A stretch of DNA of 64,000 nucleotides. It comes from an uncultured Alphaproteobacteria bacterium. GTDB taxonomy: Bacteria > Pseudomonadota > Alphaproteobacteria > Rhizobiales > Hyphomicrobiaceae. A model generated the notes under the pieces. The model had not been told where the DNA came from. It ran no database searches and saw only the letters and a program-made list of their open reading frames with translations. The DNA is taken from assembly GCA_963797005.1 (NCBI GenBank), contig CAWCOF010000012.1, forward strand, positions 1,863 through 65,862, read 5' to 3'. Below are positions 41,449 through 50,113 of the stretch, piece by piece. The number at the start of each line of letters is the position of its first letter. The stretch's first letter is position 1. A program made the translations under genes and the position numbers.

Positions 41449-42039
41449 CTATGTGCCCCGGCCCGGATAGGCCCTGCCCCAGCCCCATGCGCCCGACCCG
41501 AAGCCGCGTGCGACGACCCGCTCACGGTAGATCTTGGAGACGATGTCGCCGTCACCAGCCAGCAACGCCTTGGTCGCACACATCTCCGCGCACAGCGGCA
41601 GCTTGCCCTCGGCCAGCCGGTTGCGGCCGTACTTCTTGAACATGACGTCTTCGTTCTTCTCCGGACCACCGGCGCAGAAGGTGCACTTGTCCATCTTGCC
41701 GCGGGAGCCGAAGTTGGACACCTGGGGATACTGCGGGGCGCCGAACGGACAGGCGTAGAAGCAATAGCCGCAGCCGATGCACAGATCCTTGTTGTGCAGC
41801 ACCACGCCTTCCTCGGTCTGGTAGAAGCAGTCCACCGGACAGACCGCCATGCATGGCGCATCCGAGCAGTGCATGCAGGCGACCGAGATGGACCGCTGCC
41901 CGGGCTTGCCTTCGTTGAGCGTGACGACGCGCCGCCGGTTGATACCCCAGGGGATCTCGTGCTCGTTCTTGCAGGCGGTAACGCACGCGTTGCAGTTGAT
42001 GCAGCGTTCGGCATCACAGAGGAATTTCATCCTGGCCAT
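41449..42039 (-). CDS. fdnH: Formate dehydrogenase iron-sulfur (beta) subunit
   Basis: Intact 196-aa ORF with RBS GGGAGG. The 4Fe-4S cluster motifs are CINCNACVTAC, CMHCSDAPC...CP, CIGCGYCFYACP and CTFC...C. Confidence 0.9.
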   Translation of the reverse strand: MARMKFLCDAERCINCNACVTACKNEHEIPWGINRRRVVTLNEGKPGQRSISVACMHCSDAPCMAVCPVDCFYQTEEGVVLHNKDLCIGCGYCFYACPFGAPQYPQVSNFGSRGKMDKCTFCAGGPEKNEDVMFKKYGRNRLAEGKLPLCAEMCATKALLAGDGDIVSKIYRERVVARGFGSGAWGWGRAYPGRGT

Positions 42040-42053
42040 GGCCTAACCTCCCC

Positions 42054-44966
42054 TCACGCCTGCCGAATGCGGCACAGCGAGACCTTGTTCTCCTGAATGT
42101 TGGTCACCGAGTCGTACCCGTAGGTGAGGGCAATGTTGCCCGACTCGCCGACCACGTAGGGGCCCGTCCCGTCCGGAATCTTGGCGCTCAGGTCCTTGCC
42201 CTGGAAGTGGCCCATGAAGTGGTAGGGGATCCAGACATTGCCCTTGGCCACGGCATTGGTGACCCAGGCCTTCACCTTGATGGCCGCGCCCTCGGGGCTC
42301 TCGAGCATCACGTGCCCTCCGTCCTTGATGCCGACGTTGTTCGCATCGAACGGATTGATCTGCGCGAACATCTCCTGCTGCAGCTCGGCGAGCCAGATGT
42401 TGGCGAACGACTTGGCGCCGCCGCCCTCGTGCTCGACAAGACAGCCGGAGCTGAGCACCAGCGGATAGTCCTTGGCGAAGTCGACCGCCTGCACGCTCGC
42501 GTACTTGAGGGGCAGCCGGTACATCTTCCGATCCGCATAGGTCGGATAGTCCTTCACCAGATCGCGCCGCGGCGTGTAGAGCGGCTCGCGGTGGATCGGG
42601 ATGGGATCCGGGAAGGTCCACACCACCGTCCTGGCCTTGGCGTTGCCGTACGGCGCACAGCCGTGCTTGATCGCCACGCGCTGGATGCCGCCCGACAGGT
42701 CGGTCTTCCAGTTCACCGCCTCGGGCTTGGCGCCGCCGACCTTGTTGATGGTGGCGCGTTCCGCCTCGGTCAGGTCCTTGTCCCAGCCAAGCTTCATCAG
42801 CATGGCCATGGTGAACTCGGGATAGCCGTCCTTGAGCTCGGAGCCGACCGTATAGCCGACACCTTCGATGCCACCCTCCGCGAGCAGGTTGCCTTTGCCC
42901 CATTTCTCGGGGGCCTCCACGCCATAGCGGGCGCGGAATGGCAGTCCGCCCTCGGCCACGGGCTTGGAAGGGTCATAGAGGTTCGGCGTGCCCGGATGCT
43001 TCATCTCGGGCGTGCCCCAGCACGGCCACGGCAGGCCGTAGTACTCGCCATCGCACGGGCCACCATTGGCTCTGAGCGTGGTCCTGTCGAAGGTGTGCTG
43101 GTTGGCCATGTGCAGCTTGAGCCGCTCCGGCGACTGGCCGGTATAGCCGACGGTCCACATGCCGCGGTTGATCTCGCGCAGCATGTCCTCCACCAGCGGC
43201 TCCTCGCCGGTGACCTTGATGTGCTTGAAGAGCTGATCGGCCCAGCCGAACTTCTTCGCGAACTTGTACATGATGACGTGGTCGGGCTTCGCCTCGAAGA
43301 TCGGCTCCACCACCTTCTCACGCCACTGCAGCGACCTGTTGGAGGCCGTGACGGAGCCCGAGGTCTCGAACTGGCTCGCCGCCGGCAGCAGATAGATGTT
43401 GTCCGTGCGGTCGTTCATCAGCGCCGACAGGGGAACGTAGGGATCGACGATGACGAGCAGCTCGAGCTTGTTGAAGGCCTTCCAGTGCTCCGGCAGGCGC
43501 GTGACCGAGTTGACCGAGTGACCCCAGAAGACCATGGCCCGCATGTTGTCGGGCTGGTCGAGGTCCTTCTTGTCCATGTTGACGAGCTCATACCAGCGCG
43601 AGACCGGCGTGCCGGGCTTCTGCATGAGCTCCTTGGACGCGAACTGGCCCTTGAGCCACTCGTAGTCCACGTCCCAGACGCGGCACCAGTGCTTCCACGA
43701 GCCCTCGGCGATGCCGTAGTAGCCGGGCAGGTCGTGGCACAGCACGCCCATGTCGGTGGCGCCCTGCACGTTGTCGTGGCCGCGGAAGATGTTGGTTCCG
43801 CCGCCCGACCTGCCGACGCTTCCCAGCGCCAGCTGCAGGATCGGCATGGCGCGCGTGTTGTTGTTGCCGATCGTGTGCTGCGTCATGCCCAGCGTCCAGG
43901 TGAGCATCACCGGCTTGTTGGTGACCAGCGTGCGCGCGACCCGGCGAAGCTGGGCGCCCGGAACGCCGCTGACGCGCTGCACTTCCTCCGGGTTCCACTT
44001 CTTCACTTCCTGGCGGATGTGGTCCATGCCCCAGACGCGCTGGCGGATGAACTCCTTGTCCTCCCAGCCGTTCTCGAAGATGTGCCACAGGATGCCCCAG
44101 ATCACGGCGATGTCGGTGCCGGGACGGGGCTGGACGAACTCGGTGGCGTGCGCCGCCGTGCGCGTGAAGCGCGGGTCGACGACGATATAGGGCGCGTGGT
44201 TCTGCTCCTTCGCCTTGAGGATGTGCAGCATCGCCACGGGATGCGCCTCGGCGGGATTGCCGCCGAAGGTGATCATGCACTTGGCATTGTGCATGTCGTT
44301 GAAGGAGTTGGTCATCGCGCCGTAGCCCCAGGTGTTGGCCACGCCGGCTACCGTGCTCGAATGACAGATGCGCGCCTGGTGATCGACCTGGTTCGATCCC
44401 CAGAAGGCCGCGAACTTGCGCATCATGTAGGCTTGCTCGTTGGAGTGCTTGGCCGAGCCGAGCCAGTAGACCGAATCGGGTCCGGACTCCTTGCGGATCT
44501 TCATCATCTGGTCGCCGATCTCGTTGATCGCCTGCTCCCAGCCGACGCGCGTCCACTTGCCGCCCACGAGCTTGAGCGGATACTTCAAACGCCGCGGCGA
44601 GATCGTCTCGTCGCGTATCGCAGCGCCCTTGGCGCAGTGCGCGCCGACATTGATCGGGCTGTCGAACGCGGGCTCCTGGCCGATCCACACGCCGTCGCGC
44701 ACCTCCGCCTTGACCGAGCAGCCAACGGCGCAGAACGTGCACACGGTGAGCTTGGTCTCCAGCGCCTTGGCGCCCATCGGCGCGGCCGCTGCGGCCTTGT
44801 CGGCCTTCTGCACCATCGTCAAAGGCAGCGAGGCAAGCCCGGCGCCTGCCGCCGCGATGCCGGAATTGCGCAGGAACGCGCGGCGGTTGACGGTGGCTGG
44901 CGCGTTGCCGGCGGCCATGGCCATCTTCAGGTTCGTCGGCGCACGTTCGCTCTTCTTCATCAGCAT
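42054..44966 (-). CDS. fdnG: Formate dehydrogenase catalytic (alpha) subunit, molybdopterin, Tat-exported, Cys-type (no selenocysteine codon)
   Basis: Intact 970-aa ORF. The twin-arginine signal is TVNRRAFLRNSGIAAAGAGLASLP. The N-terminal FeS motif is CTFCAVGCSV...C. The active-site region HQARICHSSTVAG has Cys where Sec-type enzymes have U. There is no in-frame TGA. Confidence 0.9.
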   Translation of the reverse strand: MLMKKSERAPTNLKMAMAAGNAPATVNRRAFLRNSGIAAAGAGLASLPLTMVQKADKAAAAAPMGAKALETKLTVCTFCAVGCSVKAEVRDGVWIGQEPAFDSPINVGAHCAKGAAIRDETISPRRLKYPLKLVGGKWTRVGWEQAINEIGDQMMKIRKESGPDSVYWLGSAKHSNEQAYMMRKFAAFWGSNQVDHQARICHSSTVAGVANTWGYGAMTNSFNDMHNAKCMITFGGNPAEAHPVAMLHILKAKEQNHAPYIVVDPRFTRTAAHATEFVQPRPGTDIAVIWGILWHIFENGWEDKEFIRQRVWGMDHIRQEVKKWNPEEVQRVSGVPGAQLRRVARTLVTNKPVMLTWTLGMTQHTIGNNNTRAMPILQLALGSVGRSGGGTNIFRGHDNVQGATDMGVLCHDLPGYYGIAEGSWKHWCRVWDVDYEWLKGQFASKELMQKPGTPVSRWYELVNMDKKDLDQPDNMRAMVFWGHSVNSVTRLPEHWKAFNKLELLVIVDPYVPLSALMNDRTDNIYLLPAASQFETSGSVTASNRSLQWREKVVEPIFEAKPDHVIMYKFAKKFGWADQLFKHIKVTGEEPLVEDMLREINRGMWTVGYTGQSPERLKLHMANQHTFDRTTLRANGGPCDGEYYGLPWPCWGTPEMKHPGTPNLYDPSKPVAEGGLPFRARYGVEAPEKWGKGNLLAEGGIEGVGYTVGSELKDGYPEFTMAMLMKLGWDKDLTEAERATINKVGGAKPEAVNWKTDLSGGIQRVAIKHGCAPYGNAKARTVVWTFPDPIPIHREPLYTPRRDLVKDYPTYADRKMYRLPLKYASVQAVDFAKDYPLVLSSGCLVEHEGGGAKSFANIWLAELQQEMFAQINPFDANNVGIKDGGHVMLESPEGAAIKVKAWVTNAVAKGNVWIPYHFMGHFQGKDLSAKIPDGTGPYVVGESGNIALTYGYDSVTNIQENKVSLCRIRQA

Positions 44967-44996
44967 GGGGTGACCTCCCTCAGAGCGTTTCGGGGC

Positions 44997-45206
44997 TTAG
45001 ATGCGAGCGAGGGCGTAGTAGGCCTTCACGTGCTCGGTCTCGCGGTAGCCTGCCGACGGCTTCCCAGTAGGCGTCGGGGCGGCTGCATGGGCTGGCTCCG
45101 GCTCGATGCCGGAGGCAATGGCGCTCGCAGCGCCGGCACCCACGCCGGCAAGCTGCATGAACCCGCGACGGCTTACCTGCGCGGACTTGCTCGATTTTGG
45201 GGCCAT
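44997..45206 (-). CDS. Small twin-arginine-signal protein of the 'formate dehydrogenase region TAT target' type
   Basis: This is ORF 44997..45302 trimmed to ATG 45206, which follows GGAGGAGGAGGAAGGGCA. The 69-aa product is MAPKSSKSAQVSRRGFMQLAGVGAGAASAIASG...YRETEHVKAYYALARI*. It lies immediately upstream of fdnG. The family name is from memory. Confidence 0.6.
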   Translation of the reverse strand: MAPKSSKSAQVSRRGFMQLAGVGAGAASAIASGIEPEPAHAAAPTPTGKPSAGYRETEHVKAYYALARI

Positions 45207-45451
45207 TGCCCTTCCTCCTCCTCCGCTTTGCCTCTTCGTGCTGCGGTTAGGCGCAACACTGCAGTTCATGCCGGACATTGCGCAAACTGTAAGATATTGC
45301 ATAAATTTGCCTGAAAACTTAGACGCGCCTCGGGCTCATGGCTAGTGAAATCTCCGCCATCCGAAGTGCTCGATCGCTTTTTGCAGTGCGAAAGCGTGCC
45401 GGGCGAGCCGGCGGGATCAGACCCAAGCCGTTGGCCAAAAAGGGCGTCGGC

Positions 45452-46066
45452 CTATTCGGCGATCTCGAAACCCTGCCGCTCGATCGCCAGAAGCTCGCGG
45501 CCGAGCCGACCCACAGGCATGTAGAACGACGCGGCCTGCGCCCCCTCCAGGTCCGCGAAAAAGCGAGGCGCCCACTCCAGGAGGTGATTCTGGAAGAACG
45601 CCTTCTGCTCGGCGAGGGACGCCGGCGTGTCAGCGAACGTCCCAAGGATCAGGCCGGCCATCATCTCGCAAAGCGCCGCGATATGATCCTCCGGCTCGCT
45701 GACGTCGGGGGAGCGGGTGATGCCGAGCCGCGCCATATCGGTGCGCAGCCGCGCCAGCGGCCTGGTGTAGAGCGCGCCGGTCAAGTAGTAGGAGGCATAC
45801 GGAACGACCTCTCCCATGTCCATGCCGACGAAGAGCTGGTGGTACTCCTCCTCCAGCGCCGACCTGCTGGTGGTCCGCGCGACCGCCGAAAGGGCGGTGA
45901 TCGCCTTGCCGAAGTCGCCGTCGTCTCCGCTCAGCCCCTTGGCGGTCTCGAGCGTCTCCACGCTGGGCGGCGCAGCCAGCAAGAGGGCGAGAAGGATGTA
46001 GGCCTCCGCTCTGGACTTGTCCTCGCCACGGATCGGCGAGGCAACGTCGACGGCTTGATTTGGCAC
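45452..46066 (-). CDS. TorD/DmsD-family redox-enzyme maturation chaperone
   Basis: The C-terminal ~200 aa of ORF 45452..46228 read AEAYILLALLLAAPPSVETLE...EEEYHQLFVGMDMGEVVPYASYYLTG...PEDHIAALCEMMAGL...FFQNHLLEWAPRFFADLE. The start is uncertain; the in-frame GTG at 46066 was chosen to avoid overlapping the upstream gene. Confidence 0.7.
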   Translation of the reverse strand: MPNQAVDVASPIRGEDKSRAEAYILLALLLAAPPSVETLETAKGLSGDDGDFGKAITALSAVARTTSRSALEEEYHQLFVGMDMGEVVPYASYYLTGALYTRPLARLRTDMARLGITRSPDVSEPEDHIAALCEMMAGLILGTFADTPASLAEQKAFFQNHLLEWAPRFFADLEGAQAASFYMPVGRLGRELLAIERQGFEIAE

Positions 46067-46112
46067 GGCGCGGGTTTCCCTTCCCAGTCTCTGCGATCGC
46101 CGCGGCGCAGGC

Positions 46113-46694
46113 TCACGATGGCTTGCGCGGCGGCACCGTATCGTCGGGCGCCCTATCGTCGGAGTCCTGCTGGGCCCGATCCGCGGCGCCGACGTGTCCT
46201 CCTTCACCCTGCTTGGGAGGTTGCGCACCGGCCTGCGGTCTGCGGCCCGGCAGCACTTCCTCCCGGTGCGGCAACGGCGTCTTGTCCCCTTGCTCGGGGG
46301 TCAGCGCCTTGATGGCGTCCGTCAGTCCGCCTTCGGTGAAGTCCCAATCGTAGTCGTTGAGGCCATCCAGATTGGCCAGCACAGGATTGGACCGCCAAAG
46401 CTTGGCAAGCGCCAGCCGCTGCAGCGACTCGGGCACACCCTTTTGTAGAAAGGCCGTGAAGTCGGACTCGTAGGTGAGCGTCTCGACGTCGGGCAGATCC
46501 TCGAGGCGGACGGCGTCCGGCGCGTCATCGGGCTTGGGCTCACCACGGCCGTCGGCCTCGAGCGGCGCCTCTTGCGGTTTCGTCGGGTCGCGGGGATGCT
46601 TCTCGGCGCTCCTGCTGTCTGCGCCCTCGCCCGCCTCGGACTCGCGCTTGAGCCGGGACCAGCGGCTAAGCGCGCTCTCCTTGGGGTCCGGCAT
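46113..46694 (-). CDS. DUF3306-like protein (FDH-associated, function unknown)
   Basis: The ATG at 46694 follows GGGAGAAACGAAA: MPDPKESALSRWSRLKRESEAG...LEDLPDVETLTYESDFTAFLQKGVPESLQRLALAKLWRSNPVLANLDGLNDYDWDF. It has the family-typical SRWSR N-terminus and a conserved C-terminal block. The DUF assignment is from memory. Confidence 0.6.
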   Translation of the reverse strand: MPDPKESALSRWSRLKRESEAGEGADSRSAEKHPRDPTKPQEAPLEADGRGEPKPDDAPDAVRLEDLPDVETLTYESDFTAFLQKGVPESLQRLALAKLWRSNPVLANLDGLNDYDWDFTEGGLTDAIKALTPEQGDKTPLPHREEVLPGRRPQAGAQPPKQGEGGHVGAADRAQQDSDDRAPDDTVPPRKPS

Positions 46695-47083
46695 TTTCGT
46701 TTCTCCCGTTGCCGTCTCATGGCCTATACCATTTCTCTGCAATCTCCGTCATTTATTCCGTGAAAAAGCCTCCTGGCCGAGCCAAGAGGAGCGAAACGCG
46801 CATCAATCGAAGGCGCGCTGCGTGCCGGCCCCGACCGGCCTGCCGGAGTCACCAATGCGCCGAGCCTGCGCGAAGGGACCGTCACCGCGAATGAAATCGT
46901 GGGCCGGCCGCCGGGACCTTGTCGCCGCGCCGGCTGGCGGCTTCCCCGCCGAGCACGGCGAGCCAAACACACGGCTCACGCCCAGGGACAGGGCACGCGC
47001 AGCCCGCAAAGCAGGCAAGCGAACGGTGGTGGCGAACATCCGCTTTCGACGCCGGCGGGACGCCTGATAGGGTGTGCGCCCGC

Positions 47084-48955
47084 ATGCCCGCCAAGAAGAC
47101 AACGAAGCACCCATCCGCCCATGAAGCGAGGCCCCTTGTGACAGGAACGCTCGCTTCCCTCGTCGCGGCGCATCGCTCCGGCAAGGCCGCCCTCGGCGAT
47201 ACCGTGGCGCGAACCTTCGCGCGCATCCGCGAGGTCGACGATCCGGCCATCTTCATCGCCTTGCGGGAGGAGAAGGCCGTCCAGGCCGAGGCCCGGGCAC
47301 TCCAGGAGAAGGCACTCCAGGCGAAGGACAGCGCCAACCTCCCGCTCTACGGCGTGCCCGTCGCCATCAAGGACAACATCGACGTGGCCGGCGTGCCGAC
47401 CACCGCCGCCTGTCCCGCCTACGCCTACACACCGAGCCGCGATGCGACGGTCGTCGCCCGGCTGAAGGCGGCCGGCGCACTCATCATCGGCAAGACCAAC
47501 CTCGACCAGTTCGCCACCGGCCTCGTCGGCGCGCGCTCGCCCTATGGCATGCCGCGCAACCCTCTGCGGCGCGACCTCGTCTGCGGCGGCTCGAGCTCGG
47601 GCTCGGCGGTCGCGGTCGCCACGGGCATCGTGCCCCTGGCGCTCGGCACAGACACGGCGGGATCGGGCCGGGTGCCGGCGGCGCTCAACAATATCGTCGG
47701 CCTGAAGCCGAGCCTGGGGCTCCTCTCAACGGCCGGCGTGGTCCCGGCCTGCCGCTCGCTCGACTGCGTGTCGATCTTCGCCCTGACCGTGGAGGATGCG
47801 TTCGCCGCGTTGGCGGCCCTGGCAGGGCCGGATGCGGCCGACGCCTATTCGCGCGCCATTCCGCTCGGGGTCATGGCCGCACCTCCGCCACGGCTGCGCA
47901 TCGCCGTGCCGCGCCCGGCGGATCGCATCTTTCACGGCGATAACGAATCCGAGAAGGCCTTCGAGACTGCGCTGCAGATCGTCAAAGGCCTCGGCGCCGG
48001 CCTGGTCGAGATCGATCTTGCGCCCTTCTTCGAAACTGCGCGGCTCCTCTACGAGGGCCCGTGGGTGGCCGAGCGCACGGCCGCCGTCGGCGACTTCATC
48101 GCCAAACACCCGCAGGCGATCCATCCCGTCACCCGGCAGATCATAGCGGCCGGCACGCACGCCACCGCCGTCGAGGTGTTCGGCAGCCTGCACCGCCTCG
48201 CCGCGCTGCGTGCCACGGCAATCAAGGCGCTCGCCGGCGTCGACGCGCTGATGGTGCCCTCGATCCCGAGACCGTGCACCGTCGCCGAGCTCGAGGCCGA
48301 TCCGATCGGCCCCAACGCGATGCTCGGCACCTACACGAACTTCGTCAACCTGCTCGACCTTGCCGGCCTCGCCTGCCCCGTGTCGCTGGGCGCGCAAGGC
48401 ACGCCCTTCAGCGTGACGCTTCTCGCCCCATCCGGCTCCGATGCCTTGCTCGCGAGCGTGGGCGCGGCGATGCAGGCACGAACGGGCCTCCCTCTCGGTG
48501 CCCTCGATAAGCGGGACAGCCCCGCCGAGTTCGCCGCGAGCACGCTCAGGCCGGGCGAGGTGGCCATTGCCGTCATCGGTGCGCATCGTTCGGGGATGGC
48601 GCTCAATGGCGAGCTCAAGGCCGTTGGCGCGCGCTACCTCGAGACGCCGTCCACCGCGCCCGATTATCAGCTCTTCTCCCTGGGGGATGCCGAGCCGCGC
48701 CGGCCCGGCCTGCTGCGCGTGGCGGCCGGCACCGGCACGACAATCGAGCTCGAGACCTGGGCCGTGTCGATGGAAGGCTTCGGCCGCTTCGTTGCAGCGA
48801 TTCCGCCGCCGCTGTCGATCGGCTCGATCCGCCTACGCGACGGCCGGCTGGTCATGGGCTTCCTGGTCGAGGCGCAAGGCCTGATCGGCGCCCGCAACAT
48901 CTCGAGCTTCGGCAGCTGGCCCGCCTTCATCGCCTCGACCGTGCAGCCGGCCTGA
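47084..48955 (+). CDS. Allophanate hydrolase (amidase-signature domain plus AtzF/DUR1,2-type C-terminal domain)
   Basis: This is ORF 46919..48955 trimmed to ATG 47084; GTG 47138 is an alternative. The amidase signature is GGSSSGSAVAVATGIVPLALGTDTAGSGRVPAALNNIVGLKPS. The C-terminal domain reads IAVIGAHRSGMALNGELKAVGARYLETPSTAPDYQLFSL...IELETWAVSMEGFGRFVAAIPPPLSIGSIRLRDG. The frame is intact. Confidence 0.8.
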   Translation: MPAKKTTKHPSAHEARPLVTGTLASLVAAHRSGKAALGDTVARTFARIREVDDPAIFIALREEKAVQAEARALQEKALQAKDSANLPLYGVPVAIKDNIDVAGVPTTAACPAYAYTPSRDATVVARLKAAGALIIGKTNLDQFATGLVGARSPYGMPRNPLRRDLVCGGSSSGSAVAVATGIVPLALGTDTAGSGRVPAALNNIVGLKPSLGLLSTAGVVPACRSLDCVSIFALTVEDAFAALAALAGPDAADAYSRAIPLGVMAAPPPRLRIAVPRPADRIFHGDNESEKAFETALQIVKGLGAGLVEIDLAPFFETARLLYEGPWVAERTAAVGDFIAKHPQAIHPVTRQIIAAGTHATAVEVFGSLHRLAALRATAIKALAGVDALMVPSIPRPCTVAELEADPIGPNAMLGTYTNFVNLLDLAGLACPVSLGAQGTPFSVTLLAPSGSDALLASVGAAMQARTGLPLGALDKRDSPAEFAASTLRPGEVAIAVIGAHRSGMALNGELKAVGARYLETPSTAPDYQLFSLGDAEPRRPGLLRVAAGTGTTIELETWAVSMEGFGRFVAAIPPPLSIGSIRLRDGRLVMGFLVEAQGLIGARNISSFGSWPAFIASTVQPA

Positions 48956-49708
48956 TCACGCCCCGACGAGGTAGTCGCCGTAGGCGTCGTAGACGTGCTC
49001 GATGTGGTCGCGCATGGCGGCAGACGCGGCTTCCGGATCGTTCTTGGCAATGGCGCCAAGAACGGCGGCGTGCTCGGCCAGCGACCCGGCCAGGCGGCCG
49101 GCGGTGCGGAACTGGGCCCGGCTGAAAGGGGCGATGCGCGCGCGGGTCTCGATGGCGAGCCGCGCGAGGTAGGCGTTGTGCGAGCCCGCATAGATCGCCG
49201 CGTGGAAGGCCTCGTTGATCTCGTGGTAGCGCTGCGGGTCGCCCTCGCGCACGGCATCGAGCAGCGCCTCGTTGAGCCGGCTGAGCTCGGCACGCTCCTG
49301 TGGGGTGGTGCGCACGGCAGCGAGCCGCGCGCACACGGTCTCCAGCTCGCGCAGGGCCTCGAACATTTCCAGCAGCTGCGCCTTGTCGGGCCGCGCCACC
49401 ACGGCGCTGCGATGCGGCCGCGACTCCACCAGACCGCTCGACACCAATAAGCGCAGCGCCTCACGGACCGGGGTGCGGGAGACGTTGAAGCGACGGGCAA
49501 GCTCCATCTCGTCGAGCGCCGCGCCGGGCGCCAGCATGCCGCGCACGATGTCGTCCGAGATCTGCATGCGCAGGCGGTCGGCCAGGGTCTTGGGCACCGC
49601 CGGCTCACGCGGCTCGGCAAGCAGACCGCTTTGCGATGCATCGGCCGGGGTCTTGGTGCCCCGCGGCGCGCGGCGTCCTGCGATGATATGGGCCGGCGGC
49701 TCGCTCAT
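48956..49708 (-). CDS. GntR-family (FadR-type FCD domain) transcriptional regulator
   Basis: The ATG at 49708 overlaps the upstream stop (ATGA). The wHTH is LADRLRMQISDDIVRGMLAPGAALDEMELARRFNVSRTPVREALRLLVSSGLVE. The C-terminal helical FCD-like domain follows. The frame is intact. Confidence 0.85.
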   Translation of the reverse strand: MSEPPAHIIAGRRAPRGTKTPADASQSGLLAEPREPAVPKTLADRLRMQISDDIVRGMLAPGAALDEMELARRFNVSRTPVREALRLLVSSGLVESRPHRSAVVARPDKAQLLEMFEALRELETVCARLAAVRTTPQERAELSRLNEALLDAVREGDPQRYHEINEAFHAAIYAGSHNAYLARLAIETRARIAPFSRAQFRTAGRLAGSLAEHAAVLGAIAKNDPEAASAAMRDHIEHVYDAYGDYLVGA

Positions 49709-50103
49709 CGGCGCGCCGCCGCGGGATCGTCGATCAGGCTGACATGCGCGGCGACCACGCGCCATCCCTCGGCAAACCGAACCCAGGTCTGCATCTGCCG
49801 GCCGACCTTGCCGGGCGCGCTGTCGCGATGGAACAGCGTGGAGGCAACGGCGAAGTCGCGCCCGTAGGTGGTGATCACGGTGCGCAATCGCGTGCGCATC
49901 AGGCTCAGGGGCGAGCGGGCGGCGCGGAATGCCGCGACCTCCTCGTGGCCGTAGAGGTTCTCGGCGACGCCGTAGCGGATGGTGCGCGCATCATGCCGGA
50001 ACAGGGTGTCGAGCGTCGCCACGTCGTTGGAGACGAGCGCTGTCTCGTAGCGCTCGAAGACAGCACGCACCTCGGCCACGACCTCTGGCAGGTCGACCTC
50101 CAT
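49705..50103 (-). CDS. AtzH-like / DUF3225 (SnoaL-fold) protein
   Basis: This is the C-terminal 132 codons of ORF 49705..50427, from ATG 50103: MEVDLPEVVAEVRAVFERYETALVSNDVATLDTLFRHDARTIRYGVAENLYGHEEVAAFRAAR...GRQMQTWVRFAEGWRVVAAHVS. The pattern is typical of AtzH/HpxZ-type proteins (names from memory). Confidence 0.7.
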   Translation of the reverse strand: MEVDLPEVVAEVRAVFERYETALVSNDVATLDTLFRHDARTIRYGVAENLYGHEEVAAFRAARSPLSLMRTRLRTVITTYGRDFAVASTLFHRDSAPGKVGRQMQTWVRFAEGWRVVAAHVSLIDDPAAARR

Positions 50104-50113
50104 GGATTTCCTC

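Noticed and set aside
42054-44966. Possible selenocysteine recoding (TGA plus SECIS) in the formate dehydrogenase alpha subunit.
   Set aside because: The ORF is continuous with no in-frame TGA, and the active-site position reads Cys (ARICHSS). This is a Cys-type enzyme.
45278-45285. The TTGCGCAA palindrome upstream of the FDH operon, considered as an FNR/FixK-type box.
   Set aside because: It is only 8 nt and does not fit the TTGAT-N4-ATCAA spacing. In GC-rich DNA such a short palindrome is expected by chance. It is mentioned only as context.
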